Source: the human T2T-CHM13v2.0 reference genome, Homo sapiens. Taken from it: a stretch of 64,000 nt of DNA. This document shows positions 29,643 through 45,283 of the stretch, piece by piece (position 1 is the first letter of the stretch; each line of letters begins with the position of its first letter). The translations under genes were made by a program, and so were the position numbers. Below the pieces are notes generated by a model. The model made no database searches, was not told where the DNA came from, and saw nothing but the letters and a program-made list of their open reading frames with translations. The stretch lies in the NCBI RefSeq assembly GCF_009914755.1, contig NC_060929.1; one strand, written 5' to 3'.

Positions 29643-31624
29643 CTGGAGTCAGAAATCAACATGAGAGTGAGCATAAGTCAAACAAGAAACAAGAGCCTCA
29701 GGCTGGAACTGTACCCTAGCACACCAATGACAGACTGTCCCTAGGTGGAGTTAACTTCCTGAACTGTCAATCTTGGTCATTGCCCAGCTAGAAACTGTGA
29801 CAGGAGAGGGCCTTGGAGACATACCCCTCCTTCCAAAAGAAAAGCAGATGTATTGAAAGGTGCATGCATATTCAGCAAATAAGAACAGACGCCTCATATT
29901 TGCACTGAAGCACTTTTTTGGGGGCAGGGTCTCACTCTGTCATCCAGGCCGGACTGCAGTGGCATGATCAACTCACTGCTGCCTCGAACTCCCAGGCTGA
30001 AGCAATCCTCCTGTGTCAGCTTCCCAAGTAGCTGGGACTACATGCAGGCATCACCACACCTGGCTAATTTTTAAAAAAACGTTTTTTGTAGAGACTGGGC
30101 GTGGTGGCTCACGCCTGTAATCCCAGCACTTTATGGGGCCAAGGTGGGTGGACTACTTCAGCTCAGGAGTTCAGAGTTCCAGACCAGCCTGGGCAACAGG
30201 GTGAAACCCCATCTCTACAAAAAATAGTCAAGTGTGATGACACATGCCTGAAATCTCAGCTACTTGAAAGGCTGAGGCATAAGGATTGATGAACCCCAGA
30301 GGTGGAGGTTGCAGTGAGTAGAGACTGGGCCACTGCACTCCAGCCTGAGAAACAGAGCGAGACCCTGTCTTAAAAAAAAAAAAAAAAAAAAAAGAATTGA
30401 CCTCATCTTGCTCACCCTTATAAGGGAAACAATCCAAGTCCAAAAGCTAAGAGACTGCAAATTAAAATTCCTCTTAATTAAAACGAAAATAGAGACATAG
30501 CTTATTAAGGTCGTAGGTATTGGGTTCTATTATCATTGTAAGACCTTAGTGGAAGAAGATTCATTAAGAAACAGCAACGGCCGGGCGCGGCAGCTCACGC
30601 CTGTAATCCCAGCACTTTGGGAGGCCGTGGCGGGTAGACTGCCTGAGGTCAGGAGTTTGAGACCAGCTTGGCCAACATGATGAAACCCCATCTTTACTAA
30701 AAATACAAAAATTAGCCAGGCATGGTGGTGCGCACCTGTAGTCCCAGCTACTCAGGAGGCCGAGGCAGGAGAATTGCTTGAACCCAGGAGGCAGAGGTTG
30801 CAGTGAGCTGAGATCGCATCACTGCACCCCAGCCTGGGCGACAGAGAAAGACTCTGTCTCAAAAAAACAAAACAAAAAGTCAGCAGCAAGGCTGGGTGCT
30901 GTGGCTCATGTCTGTAGGCCCAGCCCTTTGGGAGGCCGAGGCAAGTGGATCACTTGAGCCCAGAAGTTTGAGACCAGCCTGGGCAACATAGCAAAACCAT
31001 ATCTCTACAAAAAAAATTTTAAAAATTAGCCGGGCATGGTGATGCACTCCTGTAGTCCCAGCTACTCAGGAGGTTGAGGCAGGACAATCACTTGAACCCA
31101 GGAGGCAGGGGTTGCAGTGAGTAGCAATCACACCACCGCACTCCAGCCTGCTACCTGGGCAACCGAGTGAGACTCCATCTCAAAAAAAAAAAAAAAAAAA
31201 AAAACAAAGGCCCTGCATGGTGGCTTACACCTGTAATCCCAGCACTTTGGGAGACTGAGGCAGGCAGAACATCTGAGGTCAGGAGTTCAAGACCAGCCTG
31301 GCCAACATGGTGAAACCCCATCTCTACTAACACAAAATACAAAAACTAGCTGGGTATGGTGGCGCCTGCCTATAGTTCCAGCTACTTGGGAGGCTGAGGC
31401 AGGAGAATTGCTTGAACCTGGGAGGCAGAGGGTTGCAGTGAGCCACGATTGTGACATTGCACTTCAGCCTGGGCAACAGCGAGACTCTGTCTCAAAAAAA
31501 GTAAATAAAAAAATAAAAAAGGACAGTTCCTCAAGGTGAATAAATTCAGCTTGATAAAAATATTCACTGTATTTTACTATGGAACAGTAAATGCTATTTC
31601 TTGGGCCAACTACTATGTTTGAAG

Positions 31625-31975
31625 TATATTTGGACCTCCATATTTGTGGGTTCTATATCTGTAGATATAACCAAGACTTTGGATGGAAAATGTATGGTGG
31701 AAAAAGAAGGATATGTTGTCTGCTGTACTGAACAAATACAGACTTTTTTGTTTGTCATTATTCCCTAAATATTTCAGTAAAACAACCAATTGCATAGTAT
31801 TTACATTGTATTCGGTGTTATAAGTAATCTAGAGATGATTTAAAGCATATGGGACTATGTGCATAGTTTACATGCAAATACTACACCATTTTATATAGGG
31901 ACTTGAGCATCTGCAGATTTTGGTATCAAGGGGGTCCTGGAAACAATTTCCCATAGATATCAAGGAACAATTGTA
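31625..31975 (-). mobile_element. MER2 element
   Basis: Same consensus blocks as 12750-13066 (TAAGTAATCTAGAGATGATTTAAAG; GGGACTTGAGCATCTGCAGATTTTGGTATC). Confidence 0.75.
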
Positions 31976-32191
31976 CTGCTGTAGGAGCTAGTTTGCTGAT
32001 TCTAGCCTGACCTTGAATTATGCTTGGCCTTGTAACTTCATCTACACAAAAGTTATTCTATTTCCCAAGAACAAGAGTCTTTTTAAAAACAGGACTTACG
32101 GGAACCTCCTCTTTCCCTATTAAGAAAAAAGAAAATTACTACCGAACAGAAAATTCAATTAACTAGCAAGAAATATCAAAGAAAAACTTAC

Positions 32192-32524
32192 GTGGCACAA
32201 TCTCCAATGATACGGTGATTTTCATGTCATTGAACCACCCACGGTGCTCAACACGGCAACAATATACGCCACTGTCAGACACAGCTGTATTTTCTATGGT
32301 CAAAGAGACATCCCTTCTTGAAAGGTCCCCCAATAGCTTATAGCGTGTGTCCTTCCGATAGGTGACGTGGGTTCCATTGGTCCAGACAATGCCATTTTGG
32401 CATGTGAATAGAGAACATGAGCCTCTATTCCAGCACATTGATGTGACAGCTCCACTGTAGTGGCAGGGTAGTGTGACAGATGGACCTGCCTCTCCACCAA
32501 CCTTTACAGAACCAGCTACAGAAT
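32192..32524 (-). CDS. HAVCR1: HAVCR1 exon 3, IgV domain with the WFND phosphatidylserine-binding (MILIBS) motif
   Basis: ttgcag|AT TCT GTA...GTG CCA C|gtaagt; 333 nt. ORF 32163..32438 shows CWNRGSC...YCCRVEHRGWFND. Confidence 0.98.
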
Positions 32525-32933
32525 CTGCAAAGAAGAAAAGACAAACTGAGAATGAGCCCTCACTATTTCATCTTGGCTGGGCACAATGGCTCACGCCTGT
32601 AATCCAAGAACTTTGGGAGACCAAGGCAGGCAGATCAACCCAGGTCAGGAGTTCAAGACCAGCCTAGCCAACATGGCAAAACCCGATCTCTACTAAAAAA
32701 AAAATTACAAAAATTAGCGGGGTGTAGTGGTGTAATCCCAGCTACTCAGGAGGCTAAGGCAGGGAGAAGTGCTTGAACCTGGGAGGCGGAGGTTGCAGCA
32801 AGCTGAGCTCGTGCCACTACACTCCAGCCTGGGTGACAGAGCAGACTCTGTCTCCCCCTCCCCCAAAAAAAATTCTCTTAATTTTTTTTACTTGTTTTAC
32901 TTTCTTTAAAAAAATATTTTATTCATTTTTTAA

Positions 32934-33146
<213 letters not shown>

Positions 33147-33362
33147 TGACCTCAAGTGATCCACCCACCTGAGCATCCCAAAGTGCTGGGATTACAGGCA
33201 TGAGCCACCATGCCCAGCCTTGTAAATAGACATTATAGCTGGAAGGTTTTTCCCCTTTTTCCAAGTTAGCTGATATAGCTGGAATTTTTAAAATTTGAGA
33301 TTATAAGCATTTTTCTATGCTAGCATTCTTTTAATTTTTTTTTTTAGACAAAGTCTTTCTAA

Positions 33363-33670
<308 letters not shown>

Positions 33671-34351
33671 ACCAAGAAATTCTTGTTTAATTTTGCCTAA
33701 TACTAGTATCATTTTTTTGGATTACACATATAATGCATGCTATTACAATTTGGTTATAGAAGTATATAATGAGAGATTATTTTTCCCCCATAATCCCAAA
33801 GGCATATATCACTCCAGAAATTTGTGTTTAAAAATTAGGATATGTCTATTTTACTCTTTCCTTATCTCATAGAATGTTTTGAATTAAAGTGTTTATTTCA
33901 AAATAAAATACTTAGGCCAGATGTGGTGGCTAACGCCTATAATCCCAGCACTTTGGGAGACTGAGGTGGGAGGATCACTTGAGCCCAGGAGGTCGAGGTT
34001 GCAGTGAATCAAGATTGCCCAACTAGGCCAGGCGCGGTGACTCACGCCTATAATTCCAGCACTTTGGGAGGCCGAGGCAGGTGGATCACAAGGTCAGGAG
34101 TTCAAGATCAGCTTGGCCAAGATGGGGAAACCTTGTCTCTACTAAAAATACAAAAAAATTAGCTGGTAGTGGTGGCAGGTACCTGTAATCCCAGCTATTT
34201 GGGAGACTGAGGCAGAGAATTGCTTGAACCCAGGAGGCGGAGGCTGCAGTGAGCCGAGATCATGCCACTGAACTCTAGCCTGGGCGACAGAGTGAGACTC
34301 TGTCTCAAAAAAAAAAAGATTGCCCTACTGCACTCCAGAGTGAGACCTCAT

Positions 34352-34379
34352 GAAGAGAGAGAGAGAGAGAGAGAGAGGA

Positions 34380-34431
<52 letters not shown>
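34352..34431 (+). repeat. (GA)n(GAAA)n microsatellite in intron 2
   Basis: Direct reading; it forms the tail of an Alu that carries a nested Alu (TSD AAGATTGCCC(A/T)ACT at 34011 and 34316). Confidence 0.9.
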
Positions 34432-34864
34432 GAATTGAATGTGGCTGAAAAAAATCGGAAGGCACAAAAAAATACAATAAGGATTAACTCTCCCTCCACC
34501 TCCCACCCTCTGCCCCCATCCCACATTACCCACTGTCACTATTTCCTATATACATGTGTCTATGCATATACATCTAACCACTCCCTTTTTGTTTAAACAC
34601 AAACGGCAGCCTGTGACACACTGTGCTGCATCTTGCCTTGTTCATTTAGCCATGAATGTTGTAATTCACAGCAGTTAAGCAATTTCTTTGGCCTAAAACT
34701 TTATTCTGGTCCTGCTCACTAGTTAACTCATAGCCATACAACGGTACCCAAAGAACATCTACATTAATCCACCACCACCATCCCCTCCCCTTCCCCTACC
34801 CCATTCTCTGGCTTCTAACCCCCCTCTACTCCCTTCTTCCCGCCCAGGGCACCTACTCACTTAC

Positions 34865-34910
34865 CTGCCAGATGTAGGATGAGGCTTAAGATGACCACTT
34901 GAGGATGCAT
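34865..34910 (-). CDS. HAVCR1: HAVCR1 exon 2 coding part, signal peptide MHPQVVILSLILHLA (exon begins at 34922)
   Basis: ttcag|GCTGATCCCATA ATG ... CTG GCA G|gtaagt; 46 nt, phase 1. Confidence 0.97.
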
Positions 34911-35248
34911 TATGGGATCAGCCTGAAGGAAAATGAGCAGACAGGCTGGTTGGTACCCTCCACCAGATGGTATCTGATCAAGTCTTAAATCTCAGATTGC
35001 AACTTATCTTTTCACCCAGTTGGTTGATTCATATGAGCCTGCTCTGCTGGAAATGAGAGAAGACCACATATAACGGCTTCAGAGCTCTGTTAGTTCCCTG
35101 CAGCTGAGAGCTCTGTGCCTTCCAAAGGACAGGGAAAGCTGCCCACAGAAACAGCCCCTGACTTCCCAGCTTCTTCCCCACACATAACCGCCAAACTGAC
35201 TCCTGGTCCTGATACAGGGTATCAGGGGAACAAACAAAAAGGAAACAG

Positions 35249-35558
35249 GGCCGGGCGCGGTGGCTCAAACCTGTAATCCTAGCACTTTGGGAGGCCAAGG
35301 CGGGCAGATCACGAAGTCAGGAGATCGAGACCATCCTGGCTAAAAGGGTGAAACCCCGTCTCTACTAAAAATACAAAAAATTAGCCGGGCGTGGTCACTG
35401 GCGCCTGTAGTCCCAGCTACTCGGGAGGCTGAGGCAGGAGAATGGCGTGAACCCGCGGGAGGCGGAGCTTGCGGTGAGCCGAGATCGCGCCACTGCACTC
35501 CAGCCTGGGCGACAGAGCAAGACTCCGTCTCAAAAAACAAAACAAAAAAAAAGAAAAG
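35249..35558 (+). mobile_element. AluY in HAVCR1 intron 1 (antisense to the gene)
   Basis: AluY diagnostics (GAGATCGAGACCATCCTGGCTAA, GAATGGCGTGAACC); TSD AAAAGGAAAC at 35237-35246 and 35559-35568. Confidence 0.9.
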
Positions 35559-35887
35559 AAAAGGAAACTGGAAGCAGAGAACCAGCGTGGCTCAATGGCA
35601 GCACGAGAGCAAATGCCAGCCTTCCAGTGGCAGAGATGCACTTGCTTTTCAGAGTAAACTGGGCCTCTGGTGGACGTGGAGCTTTTCCTACTCAGTGGCC
35701 ACAACGACTTATCCCTAGCCTTAACAGTCATATTGCCAAGTTTGCCATTAGCAAGAGAAATTGAGAGTGAATGTGAATCACTGTGCCTAACCTTTCATGC
35801 TCCTGTACAACATGCTTCAGACTACACCTCCTTACCAAGGGACTTCAAGAGAATGCTTCAGGAAACAGAAGTCTGGAGCAGACTTAC

Positions 35888-35930
35888 GTTCAGATCCAGG
35901 CTCTGTCACTCACAATGCTGGGTAACCCTG
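35888..35930 (-). other. HAVCR1: HAVCR1 non-coding exon 1 (5' UTR); TSS approximate
   Basis: Minus strand reads GTTACCCAGCATTGTGAGTGACAGAGCCTGGATCTGAAC|gtaagt, matching the HAVCR1 cDNA leader as I recall it, which joins GCTGATCCCATAATG. Confidence 0.85.
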
Positions 35931-36455
35931 AGAGTTCCTGAGTTCTCTTCAAACCTCTATTTCCTCAGTTGTAAAATAGCACTAAAAATGCTTCCTCTAT
36001 CTCCCACCAAGGATTGATATAATAAGCAAAAAGGGCCACGGAAGAACTTGGAAAACTAAACCTACATCATATGCACTAATAGCACTAGCTGAGGTTTTTG
36101 GAGAATACTATATAGCAGGCTCTGTGTCAAGCACCCACATGCGTTAAATCGGGCTGTTGACTTCTGCTGTTAATCATTAAACCATACAAACATGAGTAAG
36201 CTTGCCTAGTACTTCATTAACTCCTCTTCTGGTCTAAGAATTCAGTAACTTCCAAGGAGGCAGTGGTGGTCTGTATCTTGCAGCTCATGACAGGGTTCAT
36301 GGGGAAGTGGATGATCTCAGCATAGTGTTTTGTATGGCAGCGTTTAAAAATTCATTTCTTGACTGGGCATGGTGGCTCGTGCCTGTAACCCCAGCACTTT
36401 GGGAGGCCGAGTAGGCCAGTCACCTGAGGTCGGGAGTTCAAGACCAGCCTGGCTA

Positions 36456-36728
<273 letters not shown>

Positions 36729-37575
36729 TCACCTGAGGTAAGGAGTTTGAGACCAACCTGGGCAACATAGCAAGACTCCCTCTCTGCAAAAAAACGAACA
36801 AAAAATATAGTCAGGCCTTGTGTACCTGACCGTAGTCCCAGCTACTCAGGAGGCTGAGGCAGGAGGGTTGCTTGAGCCCAGCAGTTGGAGGCTATGATTG
36901 TGCCACTGCACACCAGCCGGGGTGACAGAGCAAGACCCTGTTTCTTAAGGAAAAAAAGATTGAAAAAAAAAAGCTAATTCAATTCAACCAGTTATTACTA
37001 ACATATTGAGCTGATGGGACATGACTCAATATACTAGGGACGTCAAAAATCCAGACTTGTGCAATCGGGCAGGGACATGGGTAAGTAAGCAACTAATGAA
37101 ATCAGGATAAGTGAGGTAAAGGTAAATATATAATCAGACTACATCATTCCCCCACTTATAACCCTCTCATAACTCTCTCAGAAAAATAATAATAATAATA
37201 ATAATAATAATTCCTAAATCTTTACTCAAATTACTGAAGCCCTGGTGGTCTGGCCCTGACCTACCCCATAGATTTCTTCTACCACTCTCTCCCCTGCTGA
37301 CTCAGCCCCAGCTACTAGAGCTTTCTTTCCAACTTGCCTCAACCCTAAGGCCTTTTCCGTGGCTGTGTTCTCCATCTAGCTCCCCAGCCCCACCATTTTC
37401 ACTTTTTTCCTTTTCATTTTTATCCCAGCTTAAATATGACCTCCCTGGACATTTTTCACAGGTCCTTCAATCTAAAGTAGCCAACCAGTCCCTCTCACTA
37501 TTATTATCTTGTTTTCCTTAATCCATTTTATCTGTGTGTGCAATATATGTGGTGTCTGTCTCTATTCCCTCCTAT

Positions 37576-38352
37576 AGAGTGCTGCCCGGTAGAATTTTAG
37601 TAATGGAGTTATTCTGGTAACGGAGTTATTCTGGAACTGATGAGCCACAGAGAGCCAAGACAGGGATGTGGAGCCAGTGCTCTGAGATGTTACATAACTG
37701 TACAATTCCATAGGATTTGAATTTGAATTCCATAGGATCGATTCTGTCTCCAGTAGAATATTGGTTACAGAGTTATTCTGTGTGAGTGTCGTGCACTACA
37801 GCAGCCACTAGCCACATATGACTATTGAGCACTTGAAATGTGGCTAAGGCAACCAAGGCATTTTTAATTTTTTTTTTTTCCAAGACAGAGCCTGACTCTG
37901 TCACCCAGGCTGGAGTACAGTGTCACAATCTCAGCTCAGTGCAACCTCCATCTCCTGGGTTTAAGTGATTCTCTTGCCACAGTCTCCTGAGTAGCTGGGA
38001 CTACAGACACGCGCCACCATGCCTGGCTAATTTTTGTATTTTTAGCAGAGGTGGAGTTTCACCATGTTGGCCAGGCTGGGCTGGAACTCCTGGCCTCAAG
38101 TGATACGCTCATCTCAACTTCCAAAAGTGCTGGAATTACAGGTGTGAGCCGCCATGCCTGGCCTAAAAATTTTTATTTAATTTCATTTTAATTAAAATTT
38201 CAGATTGCTTGAGCCCAGGAGACAGTCTTCGGGGAGTTGAGATGGCACCACTGCACTCAAGCCTTAGATGACAGAGCTTTCAAAAAAATAAATTAATTAA
38301 AAACAAAAAAATAAAATTTAAATTGTCACACATAGTGACTGTGTTGTGTGGC
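37576..38352 (+). mobile_element. MER3-like DNA transposon interrupted by a templated insertion and Alus
   Basis: GCAGCCACTAGCCACATATGACTATTGAGCACTTGAAATGTGGCTA core. Confidence 0.65.
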
Positions 38353-39131
38353 ACCCAACTCCAGACCATAAACTCCTTTAAGGCAATTTAAGTGTTGAAG
38401 CCAGGCATGGTTGCTCACACCTGTAATCCAAAGGAGGCCGAGGTGGGAGGATCACTTGAGGTCAGGGGTTCCAAACCAGCCTGGCCAACATGGTGAAACC
38501 CAACTCTACCAAAAATGCAAAAATTAGCCAGGCGTGGTGGCGGGTGCCTGTAATCCCAGCTACTCAGGAGGCTGAGGCAAGAGAATCGCCTGAACCCGGG
38601 AGGCAGAATTTACCCTGAGCGGAGATCATGCCACTGCACTCTGGCCTGGGCCACAGAGTGAGACTTCTCAAAAAAAAAAAAGTTATTAATTGAATAGATA
38701 AACAAATGGAAACACAAACCCATAGGGAAAGACCATTCATTTTGATGACGGAATGTGGGGGGTGGGAAGAATTTCTTAAAAAGTGACATGTGAGAAGAAT
38801 GGGTGGAGGGTGTTTCAACTGGAGGAAATGATGAGCCAGAGAGAGCCAGGACAGGGATGTGGAGCCAAGGCTCTGAGATGTTACATAACTGTACAATTCC
38901 ATAGGGTTGAATTTTCTGACACAGGACCATCTCCCATGAGAGACGCCTGTGTTCTAAAGACTCCCAAACAATATAGCACAGTGGATTTTTTTAATGAGCT
39001 ATACAACCTCCAGGGATCACTACTCTTTAGGGCAAACTTCATGACCCCCCTGAAGGATGCATCCCAGTTGTAGGGTAAAGCTGGAAGTGACAATACTTGG
39101 GCACCAAAGCTGAATTTCCAGCTGCTCACTA

Positions 39132-39397
<266 letters not shown>

Positions 39398-39784
39398 TTA
39401 CTTCCCTGCTATCTCAGCGCACATCGTACCTCCAGCTCCAGCCTCCTGCAAAACAGTTCAGCTGTTCATATTCCCCATGCTTTCACCACAGCAAGATCTT
39501 CTTAGGCCCCCTCCACAACTAGGGACTCACCAACTCCACATCATTGTACCTGTCAGTCTCTCCCTCATCCCCATCACTTTATATTAGGCCTCTATAATCC
39601 AGACTTCTGCAATTCCCTCCAAAACTGTCTTCCTACCTTTCAGTTCTCTTCCTGCCCTGCCCACTGCCCTAAGCTAGTTATTTTCCTTCACTTACTCCTC
39701 TGATTTCATAACAAGTAATATAATGCTTCTTTTTTTTATATCTTTTACAAAGATATAAAAATTACAGGGTACCACCTATGTTTA

Positions 39785-40147
<363 letters not shown>

Positions 40148-40245
40148 TCATTTAACAATTATTTGTTGATGATCTGCGATATGTTAGAAATGATCCTATT
40201 CATCTGGAATGTACCAATGAACCAAAGACCCCTGGCCTCATGTAA

Positions 40246-40458
<213 letters not shown>

Positions 40459-41993
40459 TAGGCTGGTCACGAACTCCTGACCTCAAGTGATCTGCCCGCC
40501 TTGGCCTCCCAAAGTGCTGGGATTATAGGCGTGAGCACCACTCCTGGCCTCATGTAACTAACTTTTAACTGAAAAATAAATATACAGATTTTTAAAACAT
40601 CACTAAAATGTAATTTATCAGCATATTACAAGTTGAGGAATGCTAATGCAAAAAAGGCAAAAGGATACACAAGAGCAGGGTGAAGGTGGTTGGGAGTGGA
40701 GGGTTGAGGAGGCACTGAGTTGCAATTTTAAACAAGGTGGTCAGGTTTGAATAGTCTCTATTACTTTCACCAAGAAGGTGATTATCTGAACTAAGACAAA
40801 GGACAAGGAAGTTAGCCAAGACAGCAAACGCTTTCCATGGAGACAGACAAGAAGGGCAAAGGCCCTAAGGCAGGAGGGTGCCTGGTGTGTTTACAGGGCA
40901 AGAGAGGCCAGCGTGACTGCAACAGAGCGAGGGACAGGGATCACAGAGGAGTGAGGGCAGAGGACAGACACATGGGGCTTAGGAGCCATATTCTGAGGAC
41001 ATAGGCTTTCACCCCACATGAAAAGAAGCACCACTGCAAGGGCATAGGGTGACAGTATCTAACTTCCTTTGAGAAGGACCACTGTGGTTGCTAGATTGAG
41101 AAGCAGGAAGACCTGTCAGGAGACTATGGAAAGATTCCAGAAGAGATGGGTTAGCAGTGGAAGTGGTCAATGAACTTTCCTCACTCAACCTAGAGTAGCC
41201 AGATGTGATGGCTCACAGCTGTAATCCCTGGACTTTGGGAGGCCAAGGCGGGAGGACTGCTTGAGCCCAGGAGCTCAGGGCAACATAGTGAGACCCTGTC
41301 TCTACAAAAAAAAAAAAAAAAAGAAAGAAAAAGAAAAATTAGCCAGGCATGCTGGCATGCAACTTGTAGTCCCAGCTACTAAAGAGGCTGAGGCAGGAGA
41401 ATGGCTTGAGCCAAGGAGGTGGAGAAGGTGGAGCAAACAGGATTTCCTGTAGGATATGAGGAGAAAGGGCCTAAGATGACTCCAAGGATTTCGGCCTGAG
41501 CCACGGGAAGAGCTGGAGGTTCCAGCCAATTAAGACAAGGAGAGCTGCAAAGGCTGGGCTCAGTGGCTCACACCTGTAATCCTAACACCTTGGGAGGCCA
41601 AGGCAGGTGGATCACCTGAGGTCAGGAGTTCAAGACCAACCTGGCCAACATGGCAAAACCCTGTCTCTACTAAAAATACAAAAATTTAGCCAGGCATGGT
41701 CGTGGGTGCCTGTAATCTGAGCTACTCAGGAGGCTGAGCCAGGAGAATTGCTTGAACCCAGGAGGCAGAGGTTGGAGTGAGCCAAGATCGTGACACTGCA
41801 CTCTAGTCTGGGCAACAGAGCAAGACTCCATCTCAAAAAAAACAAAAAACAAAAAACAAAAACCTGCATGACCACAGGTTTTAGAGGAAATATTCAGGGT
41901 TTTAAGTATGTTGAGTTTGACATGTCTTAGACCTGTGTGGAGACTGCTGGAGTTCAGGAGGGAGGTCTGAGCTAAAGATACAGTTACAAGTTA

Positions 41994-42326
<333 letters not shown>

Positions 42327-42604
42327 TCAAAGGATGAGATTCAAAGGAATGCCTGATGCTAAGGACTAGGTCCTGGGGCCTTCCAGCATCAAAAGGTTAA
42401 AATGGGGACAAGCATGTTGACTCATGCAGGTAATCCCAACACTTTGGGAGACCGGGGCAGGCTGATAACTTAAGGTCAGGAGTTCCAGGTCAGCCTGGCC
42501 AACATGGTGAAACACCATCTCTACATAAGAATAAATTTTAAGGCCGGGTGTGGCGACTCACACCTGCAGTCTTAGCACTTTAGGAGACCAAGGCAGGCTG
42601 ATCA

Positions 42605-42838
<234 letters not shown>

Positions 42839-42874
42839 TTAATTTTAAAAAAATTTGTTAAAGCTGAGGTGGAA

Positions 42875-43161
<287 letters not shown>

Positions 43162-45145
43162 TCAAAGAACAGGCAGCAATCATGAGTCAAATGCTGCAAA
43201 GGAAAGGAATAAGATTTGTCATAGACTGAGCAAGCTGGAGATTATCAGTGAGCCCCAGTACTTTATACTGCAGTAAAAAGTTTACAAGAAGGAAAATCAG
43301 GAGATAATTGAATACAGGAAACACTTTCAAGGAGTTTGCATGGAGAAAAGCAGTTGGACTTGAGTGCCTATAGTACCAGCCATTTGGGAGGCTAAGCGGG
43401 AGGGATCACTTGAGCCCAGGAGTTTGAGGCTGCAGTGAGATATGGTAGTACTACTGCATTCCAGCCTGAGTGACAGAGTGAGTCCCCATCTTCCAAAAAA
43501 AAAAAAAAAAAGTTTTGCAAAAATGGAAGGAGAAAATCCTGGGTGTTTTTTTTTTTTAAGTGATAAAAATAACAGCATGTTTGTATGATCTGGAGACAAT
43601 CAAGGGGAAGAAAGGGAAAATTTGCTGGGGCAACAAGTAAACAGAGGAGTGTGATCCTTTGTCCAAGTAGAAGGTTCTAATTCACAACCAGGGATAGCCT
43701 GTTGGTGCACACGCTAAGTGAGCACATATGTCTGGGGAAACTCCAGGTTGATTGCTTCCTCAGTGAAAAAGGAAACAGTTAAAAGTTAGCAGTAAGGGCC
43801 GGGCACGGTGGCTCATGCCTGTAATCCCAGCACTTTGGGAGGCTGAGGCAGGCGGATCACTGGAGGTCGGGAGTTCGAGACCAGCCTGACCAACACAGAG
43901 AAACCCTGTCTCTACTAAAAATACAAAATTAGCCGGGCGTGGTGGTACATGCTTGTAATCCCAGCTACTCAGGAGGCTGAGGCATGAGAATCACTTGAAC
44001 CTGGGAGGCGGAGATTGTGGTTAGCAGTAAGGATGGGGAAGAGGTTTGGGGAATTTGAAGAGAGCTTTAGGAGAGCAAATGAAGTAAGGACAAATGTTCC
44101 ACCATCTGGCAGCACTCAGGTATCACTGGAAGTAGGAGGTCATGTGGTTGATGCTCTGCAGCTACCTGCAGGTGCAGGCTATGGGGGAGGAAGAGGACTC
44201 ACATCAGCAGATAACTTCTTAATCTTCCCATGTATTTCTCTAAAATCATTTCCACTTCAAAGGCATTTAATGGCTTGCCAGTGCCTTTAAGGCAAAGTCC
44301 AAACTCTAAAAGCTGCCCACCTTCCCAGGCTGGTCACACCCTATCACTCTAAGCTTCACAAAGTTCCAAACAAACCAAATTGCTTATACTCACTAATCTT
44401 TGCAAGCTCAATAATTTCTAACACATGAGACTACTACAAACCTTCAAAAATCAGCAGCCCAGCCTGAGCAACAGAGTGAGTCCCCATCTCTACAAAAAAT
44501 AAAAATAAAAAAATTAGCTGTGCATGGTTGCACAAGTGTGTGGTCCCAACTACCTGGAAGGCTGAGATTGAAGGATCAATTGAGCAGGGGTCAAGGCTGC
44601 AAGGAGCTGTGATTGCACCCCTGCATTCCAGCCTGGGCAGCAGAACCAGACCCTTTCTCTCTCTCTCTCTTTTTCTTTATTTTTATTTTTATTTTTTGAG
44701 ACAAAGTTTCACTTTTGTTGCCCAGGCTGGAGTGCAATGGCTCGATCTCGGCCCACTGCAACCTCCGCCTCCCGGGTTAAAGCGATTCTCCTGTGTCAGC
44801 TGGAATTACAGGCATGTGCCACCACACCCAGCTAATTTTTTGTATTTTTAGTAGAGACAGGGTTTCACCATGTTAGCAAGGATGGTCTCCATCTCCCAAC
44901 CTCAGGTGATCTGCCTGCCTCGGCCTCCCAAAGTGCTGGGATTACAGGCGTGAGCCACCACTCCCGGTGAGCAAGACCCGTTCTCAAAACAAAACAGCCG
45001 GATGTATAATCCCAGCACTTTGGGAGGCCGAGGTAGACAGATCACTTGAGGTCAGGAGTTCCAGACCAGCCTGGCCAACATGGTGAAACCCCAACTGTAC
45101 TAAAAATACAAAAAAATTAGCCAGGCATGGTTGCGGGTGCTTCTA

Positions 45146-45283
<138 letters not shown>

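Noticed and set aside
29369-29719. Alternative-frame (NDNDCS) and antisense (VVVG) ORFs over the mucin exon
   Set aside because: By-products of the ACN-rich tandem repeat; no independent promoter or splice evidence.
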